Source: a virus. Taken from it: a DNA stretch of 64,000 nt. Shown piece by piece: positions 55,446 through 64,000 of the stretch. Each line of letters starts with the position of its first letter. Position 1 is the stretch's first letter. The position numbers and the translations under genes are program-made. Below the pieces are notes generated by a model. It made no database searches. It was not told the DNA's origin and saw nothing but the letters and a program-made list of their open reading frames with translations. Location: positions 1 to 64,000 of the IMG/VR virus record IMGVR_UViG_3300043466_001759; one strand, given 5' to 3'.

Positions 55446-56084
55446 CTATACATATTGCAAGTAAATGTCCCCATCGACCCCGCCGCTTGGTGCTGCTGTA
55501 CCGGAAGTGATGGTTTTCTGACCATCGGTGATTCCGTAGCCAACCAAGGTAGTCGGCGTGCTGGTAATCGTGCTCCACGCTTGATCATGTGCTATCGGAG
55601 TTCTAGCATCGCTTAGTCGGCTGTCATTCCCTTGACAAAACGTATTCGCTGTAGTTCCGAATGATCCTACTTGGATTACCCCTGAAGCCCCAGTAATAAG
55701 CGGCAAGTTGGCTGTCGATCCGATTGCACCGGCATTGGTTATGTTACCGTGAATATGCGAAGCCGGTGTAAACGTAGAAGGAATACCACTCAATGAACCA
55801 TAAGCCCCGTTGAAATTACTGGTTCCTGCTCCGATAGTAGCTCGCGTTGCTTCGGCATCTGCTTGCGTAAGCAAGCCTCTGCCGAATACAGTAGTAGTCA
55901 GCATGGCAATTGCAGTAAGATCCGCATCGACAGGCTGCGCATCAGTAATGCCATAGCCAACGAGCGTTGTAGGTGTGCTGGTAATCGTGCTCCACGCTTG
56001 GTTATGGGCTTCTGGCGGTCTAGTAGGCCAAGTACGAGTGACTATACCTGCGGCATCCTGAGAGACTATTGGATATTCGATCAT
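55446..56084 (-). CDS. Tail fibre repeat protein
   Basis: Two HxQAWSTITSTPTTLVGYGITD repeats; GNDSRLSDARTP; PSGGVDGDIYLQY. Confidence 0.75.
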   Translation of the reverse strand: MIEYPIVSQDAAGIVTRTWPTRPPEAHNQAWSTITSTPTTLVGYGITDAQPVDADLTAIAMLTTTVFGRGLLTQADAEATRATIGAGTSNFNGAYGSLSGIPSTFTPASHIHGNITNAGAIGSTANLPLITGASGVIQVGSFGTTANTFCQGNDSRLSDARTPIAHDQAWSTITSTPTTLVGYGITDGQKTITSGTAAPSGGVDGDIYLQYV

Positions 56085-57757
56085 GCTAGCCTCACAATCA
56101 TGTGGCCGTTATTCGAAGCTGTATTGATCTGCAATGTCTTATTGGTCGTATCGGTTGAGACAAGCGACCCTCGGAATGCCCGAACCGCTGTTGCAGTTAG
56201 ATCTGCCAAGTAATCTGGTAAAGTCACTGACACGTTGCCAGTAGAAGTTGTCCAAGCAAAGTAAACCAGCCAGGAATCCTCGGAACGAACAAACGTCCAG
56301 AAATCTATTCCGCTAACAGGAGGAGTCCAACGCCTATGACTGCGCATCTTGAAGGTACGGAATTGCGACAGAGCGGTGTCAATCGAGAAGTTCATTGGAT
56401 AAAACTTTCGGCTTGTTGGCGCAATTCTCAAAAACTCTTTACAGTGGCTCGTTCTTGTAGCTGGAACAAGATCTCCGAAGGTAGGATCGAAAGCTGCTAA
56501 ATGAGCTGAAGTCCAACCGCTAACAGAACCAGTACCAGGGGCAGCAAACTGAATAACGTGGTCAGGGATCGTACCTGCAATGAGAGTAGCATTTTCCATC
56601 GTCATGTCGGTGCCGCTTGCCGTTGTTAACGGCTGTGGCGTATTGTAGTCTATGGTTGGATTTGCTACACCATTGACCGTTGTTCCAGTGAACGTAATTG
56701 GGGCTATACCAGGAACCCATACGTGTAAGTTTTGGGAGCCAACTAATCCTAGTAAAGGATTGTATTGGATATTCCCAGCATCGTTCATTCGCAGACCACT
56801 AGCAAGGAGTCTTGCGTTATCTTCAATGCTCAGTTGGCACCAAGGAAACCAAGTGTACTGAATCGTCCTCGTCCACATACTGCCTAAAGCCGCATCAGTC
56901 CACCTAGCCGCCGATCCTGTCGTCGTAAAGTAGGTATAGGCGTTTCGCAGATCAGGAACTCGCGTGTACTCAATGATATCGAGCCGTGTTCCATTAACCA
57001 ACCGACCTGGAACGAGGGGTTCTCCGTCGATCAGGAACTCTTGCCGTAAGTCAGCACAAGCTGTAGGGCCGAAGAACGAATCAGTATAAGCCGCAGTCCA
57101 TCCAGATTGGTCTGTCAAGCCATCCATCCCAGTAAGCGTAGAGCCACCAGCAGGTAAGTATCGAGTAAAACCGCTGTCACCAATCAACGTAATTGGTTGC
57201 TGGGCAAGCCAAAAGACTGACGAACTAATAATGTTCGTTACGACATACATCCGACTATCTGAGCCTTGGAATCGCTTTCCGATGTCCGCAGTCGTTAATC
57301 CGTGTCCAGCTTTAGTAACGGAAACAATTTCCATGGAGTGTGCTCCACCAGCCCGCCCGTTACCAGCAGTCAGGTAGCCCATCGTCTCGTCCTGGAATGA
57401 CGCAATCGAAGTGATTGTGGGTGTTCCGCCGTATTCGCTCGTATTGCTGACCGTACCAAGTTCATCGAAGATAAAGCAAGGATTGGTCGTCGTCGCGTTC
57501 CTGCGCATATTGCAGACAAGATCTAACGTCGAGTTGAAAGGCATCCTGACATAGATCTCACCATCACCATTGTCCCACACCCACAAAGTAGGCAACGGGG
57601 TATTAGAGTTGTGCAGCCAAGTTTTCCAGGCTGCTTGCCCCTGAGCCGTTGGAATCGCCGAGGAGCCAGTATTGTTGAGCAATGCAGTATTGGCAGCGAT
57701 TGGGCCAAGACTCCCCCCCTCAACATCAGTATTAACCCCGACGATTATTTGACTCAT
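56081..57757 (-). CDS. Putative tail/receptor-binding protein
   Basis: 558 aa, beta-rich, late region. Confidence 0.7.
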   Translation of the reverse strand: MSQIIVGVNTDVEGGSLGPIAANTALLNNTGSSAIPTAQGQAAWKTWLHNSNTPLPTLWVWDNGDGEIYVRMPFNSTLDLVCNMRRNATTTNPCFIFDELGTVSNTSEYGGTPTITSIASFQDETMGYLTAGNGRAGGAHSMEIVSVTKAGHGLTTADIGKRFQGSDSRMYVVTNIISSSVFWLAQQPITLIGDSGFTRYLPAGGSTLTGMDGLTDQSGWTAAYTDSFFGPTACADLRQEFLIDGEPLVPGRLVNGTRLDIIEYTRVPDLRNAYTYFTTTGSAARWTDAALGSMWTRTIQYTWFPWCQLSIEDNARLLASGLRMNDAGNIQYNPLLGLVGSQNLHVWVPGIAPITFTGTTVNGVANPTIDYNTPQPLTTASGTDMTMENATLIAGTIPDHVIQFAAPGTGSVSGWTSAHLAAFDPTFGDLVPATRTSHCKEFLRIAPTSRKFYPMNFSIDTALSQFRTFKMRSHRRWTPPVSGIDFWTFVRSEDSWLVYFAWTTSTGNVSVTLPDYLADLTATAVRAFRGSLVSTDTTNKTLQINTASNNGHMIVRLA

Positions 57758-57798
57758 ACCTAAACCCCTGGCTTAAGAGCATCCGAACGAAACAACGA

Positions 57799-58122
57799 TC
57801 AGGCGTCTTTTCGATGCCTTTGATTGTCTATTTCGTGCGAATACTGCGTTCCGTCGACATTTATCGTTTCAATACGCTTCTTCAGTGTCGCGATCTCAAA
57901 CTTGTTGACTTCGCAAGCGGCAAAAAGCTCGAACCTATCCCTTTCGCACTTTTCAGCCTTAGTCTCGGTAGCTGCAACTTTTTCTTCCAGCCTTGCAATT
58001 GCTTTCGAGTTTTCGTTTTCACGCATCTTAAACAATGTAGCGACCGCACCTGCTAATACTGACACAATGCCACCTACTCCCGCTAGAACCCACCCTAGTA
58101 ATGACGAGTCGTTTGTACTCAA
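57799..58122 (-). CDS. Holin-like membrane protein (1 TM + coiled coil)
   Basis: LLGWVLAGVGGIVSVLAGAVATLF followed by a charged coiled coil. Confidence 0.5.
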   Translation of the reverse strand: MSTNDSSLLGWVLAGVGGIVSVLAGAVATLFKMRENENSKAIARLEEKVAATETKAEKCERDRFELFAACEVNKFEIATLKKRIETINVDGTQYSHEIDNQRHRKDA

Positions 58123-58189
58123 TTTAGATCGTCTTTCTAATAAAACAGTTTACAAGCCATCCAACCCCTAACCTTTTATTGGATGACGA

Positions 58190-58230
58190 ACAAAAAGAAA
58201 AACGTCCAGGGAGCGATATGCCCCCTGGAC
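58190..58230 (-). terminator. Intrinsic terminator
   Basis: gtccagg...cctggac hairpin followed by a U-tract on the minus strand. Confidence 0.7.
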
Positions 58231-58245
58231 TAAAGAAAACCGCTA

Positions 58246-59097
58246 TTAGAGGTTTTGAGCACAGGCGATCCAGTCAACTTTCATGTTAAGCGCCGACGCA
58301 GATCCAGCGACGTCCTTGATCGCAATAACAGGAGTCATCAAGGTGGTGCTTGGGAACAGAACGCTTGCCACCTGGGATGATGTCAACCGAGCTGGCGCTG
58401 CAGCAGATCCAGCTAGAACGCCGTTCACGAACCACTCAACAGTTTGCGGAGCCGCACGATAACGGAATCCAAGCTTAACGAAACCATTGACCGTCAAGGT
58501 GGCCAAGTTCAGAAGCCTTGTGTTGGTCGAACCGTTTTGAACAGCCTGACCAACAGCTCGATAAGCCCCTGAAACGCCAGAAGAAGCAGCAGACAGCTTA
58601 TTGAAGCCAACAAAGCTAGTGTCAGCCAAAATACCAGTGGTATCAGTCAAAAGACCGTCCGTAGCACCAGCTCCAACAACAGCCAATCCTACGGCCCAGG
58701 AGTGCAAAGCAGTCGTGATGCTACTAACGTTCAATCGAGTTTCGAAAACAAGATCGTTTCCTGAAAACTGGAACGGAGCTCCAAGCCCACGACCCCATTG
58801 AAGGATAGCCTCATCGTTGGCAGCGTTTCCGTCAATTGCCAACTGAATCAAACCCTTTTCAGTCGCGGTGTCGGCGATCTGCTCAACAGTACATCCTGTA
58901 CCTTCTACAATCCGATACGGTCCTTCTGCTGTCGTAGCATGGAACGAGTGAAAGTTGTCATAGAAACCAAACGATGGGTTTCCAGACTGGCTGATAGACG
59001 CTCCACCAGCAGGGCCGAATGATGTTGGAGGTGCAAAACCTCTCCACAACCTTCCAGATGGTAGGTACGGAATATTTAGCTCGTCGTAAGTAATCAC
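58246..59097 (-). CDS. Putative capsid decoration / minor capsid protein
   Basis: Directly downstream of the major capsid gene; beta-sandwich-like. Confidence 0.55.
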   Translation of the reverse strand: MITYDELNIPYLPSGRLWRGFAPPTSFGPAGGASISQSGNPSFGFYDNFHSFHATTAEGPYRIVEGTGCTVEQIADTATEKGLIQLAIDGNAANDEAILQWGRGLGAPFQFSGNDLVFETRLNVSSITTALHSWAVGLAVVGAGATDGLLTDTTGILADTSFVGFNKLSAASSGVSGAYRAVGQAVQNGSTNTRLLNLATLTVNGFVKLGFRYRAAPQTVEWFVNGVLAGSAAAPARLTSSQVASVLFPSTTLMTPVIAIKDVAGSASALNMKVDWIACAQNL

Positions 59098-59164
59098 TTT
59101 GTTTTTTCCTTTTCAAGAAGATTGCGGGATATCTCAGCTTTGGGTGAGCGTTTTCCCAGTAAAG

Positions 59165-59195
59165 TTGGGGGCGATATTTAACGCCTCGCCCCCAA
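59165..59195 (-). terminator. Hairpin after the major capsid gene
   Basis: ttgggggcga...tcgcccccaa inverted repeat. Confidence 0.6.
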
Positions 59196-59227
59196 AGGCT
59201 TTTAAGTTACTGACTCTATGTCAGTAA

Positions 59228-60346
59228 TTACGCAGTTTCCGTCACTGCTTGTGTGCAGTAACCACGGAAGTTAGCTCGACGATTGAAGCAAACCATTTGC
59301 ACCGAATCGTCCATGCAGCGAACGCGAACGTTGCTCATTTCTGGGTGTTGGAACGCTTTTCGCTTACGCATTTGCCGACCAGCAGCGTAGTAAGCTCGGA
59401 ACGTCGACCAGTTAACACCGAGAATGACACCGTCAGTGCGCTGATTGACGCTCGCAGCATTCGTCCAAGCTGGAACCCAGTTCAAAGGAACGCCTCGAAC
59501 GTAAACGTTTCCGCTGTACTTCGCGACATCCTCTCCGATGTTGTCATTGCCCAGCTGCAGCAATTGACGCAAACGTGCCAAAACGCTGTAAGTTGTCAAC
59601 AACTCCCAGTCCATTCGTTTTTGGTCAACAATGTCTGGACGTTGAACAGGAGGAGTGAAGCTACAAAGATCCATCGAAGTGATGACTTCTTCAACAAAGT
59701 CGCTTCGGCTGATCTGAGTGTAGGGGAACGTTCGGTTACGCCATTGTGGGTAATCTCGGCAGGAGATGCCACCAACGCCGTTATTTTGCCATCCAACAGG
59801 CTCAAATCCGTTGAAGCCCTTTGCTGCATTGTTTTCCGAAACGCTATCCTGAGTGGCAGTGATCCACCACAGAAGCGATGCAACAGAGAATGGAGACTGA
59901 GTAGGACCAGTCGGACCAGGACCAAACACCAGATCTTCCATTCCAGTGTAGAACGAGGTCATAAGATCTCGCTCCAGATCCTCGATGTAATCGTAGATCT
60001 GACGTCCACCGGTTCGGAAAATTTCCTCGTCGATGTCGTAGTGGTAGTTGTTAGTGGTCAACGCCCACTTCATTTCGCCTTGATCCAGGGTGTTAACCCG
60101 AGTCGAGGAGTCTCGGTGGTAAAGACCGACCGTCTGGAAGTTGTCGTTGGTGTTAACCTTAACTTTCCACTTGCACTCCGATGTGCTCATGGTGTCTTTC
60201 TTCAGGTTGCCTGAGAAAAGACGTGACGCATACTTGTAATCTTGCAAAGGCAAGGACAAGTCCTGCGCTGCCAAACGATCTTCGCCTGCAAACTTCTGAT
60301 GAATGCTTGCTACGAAGTCGTCAATTTGTTCGATCGATAAAGCCAT
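59228..60346 (-). CDS. Major capsid protein
   Basis: 372 aa after the scaffold; VGGIS...YPQWRN motif typical of P22/T7-like coats. Confidence 0.75.
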   Translation of the reverse strand: MALSIEQIDDFVASIHQKFAGEDRLAAQDLSLPLQDYKYASRLFSGNLKKDTMSTSECKWKVKVNTNDNFQTVGLYHRDSSTRVNTLDQGEMKWALTTNNYHYDIDEEIFRTGGRQIYDYIEDLERDLMTSFYTGMEDLVFGPGPTGPTQSPFSVASLLWWITATQDSVSENNAAKGFNGFEPVGWQNNGVGGISCRDYPQWRNRTFPYTQISRSDFVEEVITSMDLCSFTPPVQRPDIVDQKRMDWELLTTYSVLARLRQLLQLGNDNIGEDVAKYSGNVYVRGVPLNWVPAWTNAASVNQRTDGVILGVNWSTFRAYYAAGRQMRKRKAFQHPEMSNVRVRCMDDSVQMVCFNRRANFRGYCTQAVTETA

Positions 60347-60362
60347 TTGGCAAACCCTTTAT

Positions 60363-61322
60363 TTATGACCTCGAAAGTTCCGCGTAGAGGCGATCCGCTT
60401 CAGTTCTCGGATCATCGCTCGGAGGCAACGGCTTGACCGAGCTTCCACCCAGTCGCAAGTTGCTCATCTTCGAAACTTTTTGAGTTTGTTGTTTAAGTTT
60501 CTTCTTCATGAAATCTTCCGCATAGACCATATTGGCTACGCGACTGACTAACTGATCGGTCAGCTCTACTGGTCGCCCCAGACGCTCCAGACCTATCATC
60601 TGCGCCCTGACTGCAACGTGCAGATCACGACGTCGTTCGAGCTCCTTCTCTGACTCCTTACCAGTCTTGCCAAACAAATCGGCATGACCAAGAGAATCAA
60701 CAAAGCTGTCGAACTTCTGCTCTTCCGTTTGAACGCTAACTTCTTGAAACTTTGACTCTAAAGTCCTGAGACGCGATTCGTAGTGATCTCGCATTCTTTC
60801 GAACTCGCCAACAATCTCATCGTCGTAGATATCCTTGTCTAAGGACACTCTGTAGCGACCATCAGAATCAACAGGTTGCTCTTCTTCCTTTTTGGCAAAC
60901 TGACCTTTCTCGTTGCGAGTCTTGTCATCACCTGTTTCAGAGAGAGCCTTTCGGCCAGCCTCCAAAGCAGTCTTGTCAAAAAGACGTAAAGCTCTATCCA
61001 ACTCTTCGCGACTAGAGAACTCTGCCAAATCAGCATCATTCAGACCGTACGCGGCCACCTCGGCTTTAACCTTATCGTTCACCCACTTCGGGAGAACAGA
61101 TTTATCGCCGGAATTGTCAACGGAACTATCATCGTCAACGGGTTCACTGCTGGAATTATCATCAGCAGATGTTTCGGTTGCTGACGAGGTGTCAGCTACT
61201 ATTTCAGCATCGGACTTTCGCTCACCCATGCGCTCTTGCTCTACTTCCTTGGCAACAGCATCAGCATAGGAAGCGATTTCTTCGCTTGTCATGTTTTCGT
61301 TTAATTCTAATTCTGTACTCAT
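60363..61322 (-). CDS. Scaffolding protein
   Basis: Acidic N-terminus, RNEKGQFAKK motif, lies between portal and capsid. Confidence 0.7.
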   Translation of the reverse strand: MSTELELNENMTSEEIASYADAVAKEVEQERMGERKSDAEIVADTSSATETSADDNSSSEPVDDDSSVDNSGDKSVLPKWVNDKVKAEVAAYGLNDADLAEFSSREELDRALRLFDKTALEAGRKALSETGDDKTRNEKGQFAKKEEEQPVDSDGRYRVSLDKDIYDDEIVGEFERMRDHYESRLRTLESKFQEVSVQTEEQKFDSFVDSLGHADLFGKTGKESEKELERRRDLHVAVRAQMIGLERLGRPVELTDQLVSRVANMVYAEDFMKKKLKQQTQKVSKMSNLRLGGSSVKPLPPSDDPRTEADRLYAELSRS

Positions 61323-61334
61323 ATCAACCTCTGT

Positions 61335-61673
61335 TTAAGCATCTCCATAACCACCATCCATGTCGTGCATGTTCACGCCACGGATCTCATTCAACGTCCG
61401 AATCAACTGATTCCTGCCTCTGCGGCTAGTAATCCTCATCTGGCCGTTATCCATAACCTTTACACCCTGGATGCCTTCTCGTTCGATCATCTTTCGCATC
61501 TCAGGAACTTGGCTTCTAACGCAACCAAGACTGTCAGATATCAACGGATCATGCTCGGTGTACGTGTTAGCTGTCATGGCTGGCCCGTCCAACCAGTTAG
61601 CTTTTTTAGGCATAAGCTTGTCCAGCTCTTCGGCTGTGACGGTTTTGCCTTTGTATTTCCTTGCTATCTTCAT
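61335..61673 (-). CDS. Hypothetical protein
   Basis: 112 aa, overlaps the portal stop. Confidence 0.7.
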   Translation of the reverse strand: MKIARKYKGKTVTAEELDKLMPKKANWLDGPAMTANTYTEHDPLISDSLGCVRSQVPEMRKMIEREGIQGVKVMDNGQMRITSRRGRNQLIRTLNEIRGVNMHDMDGGYGDA

Positions 61674-63460
61674 CCCATTCCCTGTAGCATTGAATTTCGT
61701 TGTTGAGAATTAACTTGCGGCTTACCGCCCATCAATGTTTGTATCAAGGCGTTGTTCCTGGCCTGCTCAGTGCCGCCGCCGCTAACGTTCTTGCGAATAG
61801 TCTCTCGAGTTGTATGAGGAGACTGGCGAATAGAATTTTCATCGCCACCAAGCATCCCGTTGGAGTTAGCGAACGTAATGAACTTTTTAAATTCCGGCCT
61901 GTTCTTCAGTCTGGCAATTTCTTCGACGATAGCTTCGGCATCAAGGGTTGCTCCCGCAGCCTGGAACATTGGCCACAACGGAGCGAGCTCTCGCATAATC
62001 TGAAAGACTTCCTGGAGCTTCTGCTCTGGTGTCGTAAACACCATTGAGTACGGCTCGACTCTGAACTCGTAGTCTTCGAACGCTCCAACTCTGTAGTCTG
62101 GCGTCCAGCTGGATCCGAGGCGAATTCCAGACTTGCCAACCGGAATAGAAGTCTGCAACTCAAGAGTTTGATCCTCCCACATGAGCCTCCCAAGATCCAA
62201 TATGCAGTCAGAAGCAAAGGAGACCACGGCCATCCTCATGTCTGCTACGTTTCTCGATAAGTTGCCATGAATCAACTCTTCTTGGCCCACAGTAGAAGCT
62301 TGAGACCCGAGTCCACCCATAGCTTGAAGGTTTCCTGCAAACCGATCGTATTCACCCTGAAGGAACGTAGACAGGGCCATGTCTCTCTGGTCGACACCGC
62401 CCATCTCATACTGCTTAATCTGCTCAGGAGACTTGCCTTGAATCCAACTGTTCCTTTTTGCCGTCCGCAAATTATTAGCGTCGTTTTCCATTCCAGGTGG
62501 ATAAACATTCACCACTCTATGGGCATCCGAGTCTTCTTCCATGCGACGATGCAATCTATTCTGCAAGTCGTGCATGCCCTTCAGGTTTATCGCTGGAGAT
62601 GTTGGCATGACATTGTCAGGAGTATCACCTAGCGAAAGGAACTTGTATGGCCCTGCTTGTGACCCAACCCAATCTCGCTCTATCAATGGAAGCAAGTCGG
62701 CTTGATCACACGCCATGGTGACAATGGAATTGTTTTCAGCAATCCACACGTCCATCAGCCAAACCATATCTTTCAAGTCGTCATCCTCAGCAGTACCAGA
62801 TTCGGACGCGATGTCTCGAACTGCCCCTGTAGTGTCGTGATGACTTCTGTTTGTTGGCTTAAGCTTTTCCTTTGCTTTTTTGTTGTACCCAGGCTCATCC
62901 ATGACCTTTTCGTAATCTGCGCGATAGCGATGTCCGCAGTATCGCATCTTGGTCAGCTCCTTGGCCGACATGTCAAGAATAAGATCATCCAACGAAACTC
63001 GGTTAAACCATGGCTCACCTGGATCTAACCAAACATCCTCTTCAGATTCCAAAAGACCATGAAAGCGAGTATCAGTGTCTCGCATCATTACAACGCCACA
63101 CCCGATACAAAAGAACGCGTCAAGCAATATTGCTCGGAACGTCTTGTCGAGAGACATGTCGCTAATGAGCTTGTTAAGATTAACCTCAAAACGATTTGCA
63201 AACGCCAACGAAGCATCGTTTGGAGTCGACACCATAACCCTAGGGTTGTTGGCAGCAAGGGCGACGGTATAGATCCGCGCCGTTTGGTTCATCAGATTGA
63301 CCAGAGTCTTATTGTCCGCACCAGACTGAGAGTACCAAGAACCAACATAGTCCTTGATAAGCTCTTTGCGGACTCGACGAAAAGGCTCCAAAGCATCTCG
63401 CGAAGATTTGATTGCTTTGTAGAGTCTAGCTCGTTTTTCGTCGTTAGATAAATCAAACAT
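61670..63460 (-). CDS. Portal protein
   Basis: 596 aa after the terminase; VNLMNQ...NPRV, TVGQEELI, FRVEPYSM. Confidence 0.75.
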   Translation of the reverse strand: MFDLSNDEKRARLYKAIKSSRDALEPFRRVRKELIKDYVGSWYSQSGADNKTLVNLMNQTARIYTVALAANNPRVMVSTPNDASLAFANRFEVNLNKLISDMSLDKTFRAILLDAFFCIGCGVVMMRDTDTRFHGLLESEEDVWLDPGEPWFNRVSLDDLILDMSAKELTKMRYCGHRYRADYEKVMDEPGYNKKAKEKLKPTNRSHHDTTGAVRDIASESGTAEDDDLKDMVWLMDVWIAENNSIVTMACDQADLLPLIERDWVGSQAGPYKFLSLGDTPDNVMPTSPAINLKGMHDLQNRLHRRMEEDSDAHRVVNVYPPGMENDANNLRTAKRNSWIQGKSPEQIKQYEMGGVDQRDMALSTFLQGEYDRFAGNLQAMGGLGSQASTVGQEELIHGNLSRNVADMRMAVVSFASDCILDLGRLMWEDQTLELQTSIPVGKSGIRLGSSWTPDYRVGAFEDYEFRVEPYSMVFTTPEQKLQEVFQIMRELAPLWPMFQAAGATLDAEAIVEEIARLKNRPEFKKFITFANSNGMLGGDENSIRQSPHTTRETIRKNVSGGGTEQARNNALIQTLMGGKPQVNSQQRNSMLQGMG

Positions 63461-63564
63461 CCGGTTGTCACAAAAAACGGCATTTCTGCCTGATTGTTAC
63501 GACCGGGTTCTAACTCCGAATCTTAAATGGCTTCTTACAGAACAACTAACTTTACGTCAGCTGC

Positions 63565-63738
63565 TTACTTTTGGTTTGCAGGTTTAACTGCAGTACTCAG
63601 GTTCAATTTCGCGTGAGACAAGTTTAAAACTGCCTGCGACAAGTGTAACGCCTTCTGGGAATCATGAGCACTGGCAGCAACCATGTCCGCCACCTTACCC
63701 ACTGCCGCATCAATCTTCTCACCGTTGTCTTGGTTCAT
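63565..63738 (-). CDS. Small hypothetical protein (57 aa)
   Basis: Manual translation MNQDNGEKIDAAVGKV...ALHLSQAVLNLSHAK. Confidence 0.6.
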   Translation of the reverse strand: MNQDNGEKIDAAVGKVADMVAASAHDSQKALHLSQAVLNLSHAKLNLSTAVKPANQK

Positions 63739-63781
63739 ATTTTACTTCCAGGTTCTAACTCTGAATCGGACTGACTCAATG

Positions 63782-64000
63782 TCAGTATCTTCTAATTACA
63801 TCTCGTATTCCATAGCTTGGTGCGCCGGAATTACTAGATTTCTGCTCCTGCAGCTCTCGCCACCTGAAGCTTCCATATTCGGGATTCTGCCCTGTTTCTT
63901 CATCATTGTCAACTTTTGCAACTTCTTTATCTTTGGAATAAACAAGCCATACGCCAGCTGAGGAGATCACTCTGTCACCGTGGTTCTTTTCTTTTGCACC
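63782..64000 (-). CDS. Terminase large subunit, C-terminal end (partial)
   Basis: Frame open to the window edge: GAKEKNHGDRVISSAGVWL resembles the terminase nuclease HDDxV motif; upstream of the portal. Confidence 0.6.
   Translation of the reverse strand, partial: GAKEKNHGDRVISSAGVWLVYSKDKEVAKVDNDEETGQNPEYGSFRWRELQEQKSSNSGAPSYGIRDVIRRY

Larger units (their letters stand above)
461..63785. repeat. Dispersed palindrome CTGAC-N5-GTCAG (at least 17 perfect copies)
   Basis: Starts at 461, 1846, 4335, 6983, 13549, 14810, 21247, 28790, 37127, 37271, 38168, 48078, 48729, 52571, 59210, 61181 and 63771. Confidence 0.85.
1..64000. mobile_element. Tailed dsDNA bacteriophage genome segment (podovirus-like virion module)
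   Basis: Gene order terminase-portal-scaffold-capsid-tail-internal proteins, a phage replication/recombination module, dense small hypothetical genes and no host housekeeping genes; no tape measure or sheath recognised. Confidence 0.93.

Noticed and set aside
55526-56004. Diversity-generating retroelement TR/VR pair in the tail fibre repeats
   Set aside because: Both copies are in the same ORF, differences are mostly synonymous rather than adenine-specific, and no reverse transcriptase is present
59249-60214. 321-aa + strand ORF
   Set aside because: Antisense shadow of the major capsid gene with no recognisable protein features

Overview
The window is a large segment of a tailed dsDNA phage genome with a podovirus-like virion module. 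The host is possibly Planctomycetota, a weak inference from the CsrA paralog and the papain/thioredoxin-like proteins. Layout: (i) 1-3.7 kb holds small genes, a G-run/low-complexity junction and an XRE HTH regulator divergent from a consensus sigma70 promoter. (ii) 3.8-12.4 kb is a + strand early/accessory region. (iii) 12.4-23.1 kb is a - strand replication/recombination module (HNH, primase, SF2 helicase, ParB-like protein, SMC-like ATPase, Rad52-like SSAP, YqaJ exonuclease, degenerate tRNA). (iv) 23.1-64 kb is the - strand late operon (terminase C-terminus, portal, scaffold, major capsid, tail/adaptor/fibre proteins, a 4862-aa polyvalent protein, a papain-like peptidase). The standout is 9.2-11.2 kb. 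A stand-alone Cas7/RAMP-like gene and a wHTH-like gene are interleaved with nine non-coding units of strict 5-nt periodicity (G-rich triplet plus variable dinucleotide), separated by covarying hairpins. This looks like an RNA-guided, non-CRISPR system resembling what I recall of the recently reported phage VIPR systems. Read as codon positions 1-2, the variable dinucleotides give a Walker A motif (unit 9) and the MBL-hydrolase FWGTRGS motif (unit 6), suggesting gapped, wobble-skipping DNA targets. Also found: a 3-copy covarying pseudoknot RNA motif and at least 17 copies of the palindrome CTGAC-N5-GTCAG. All protein calls are by-eye motif recognition; no searches were run.
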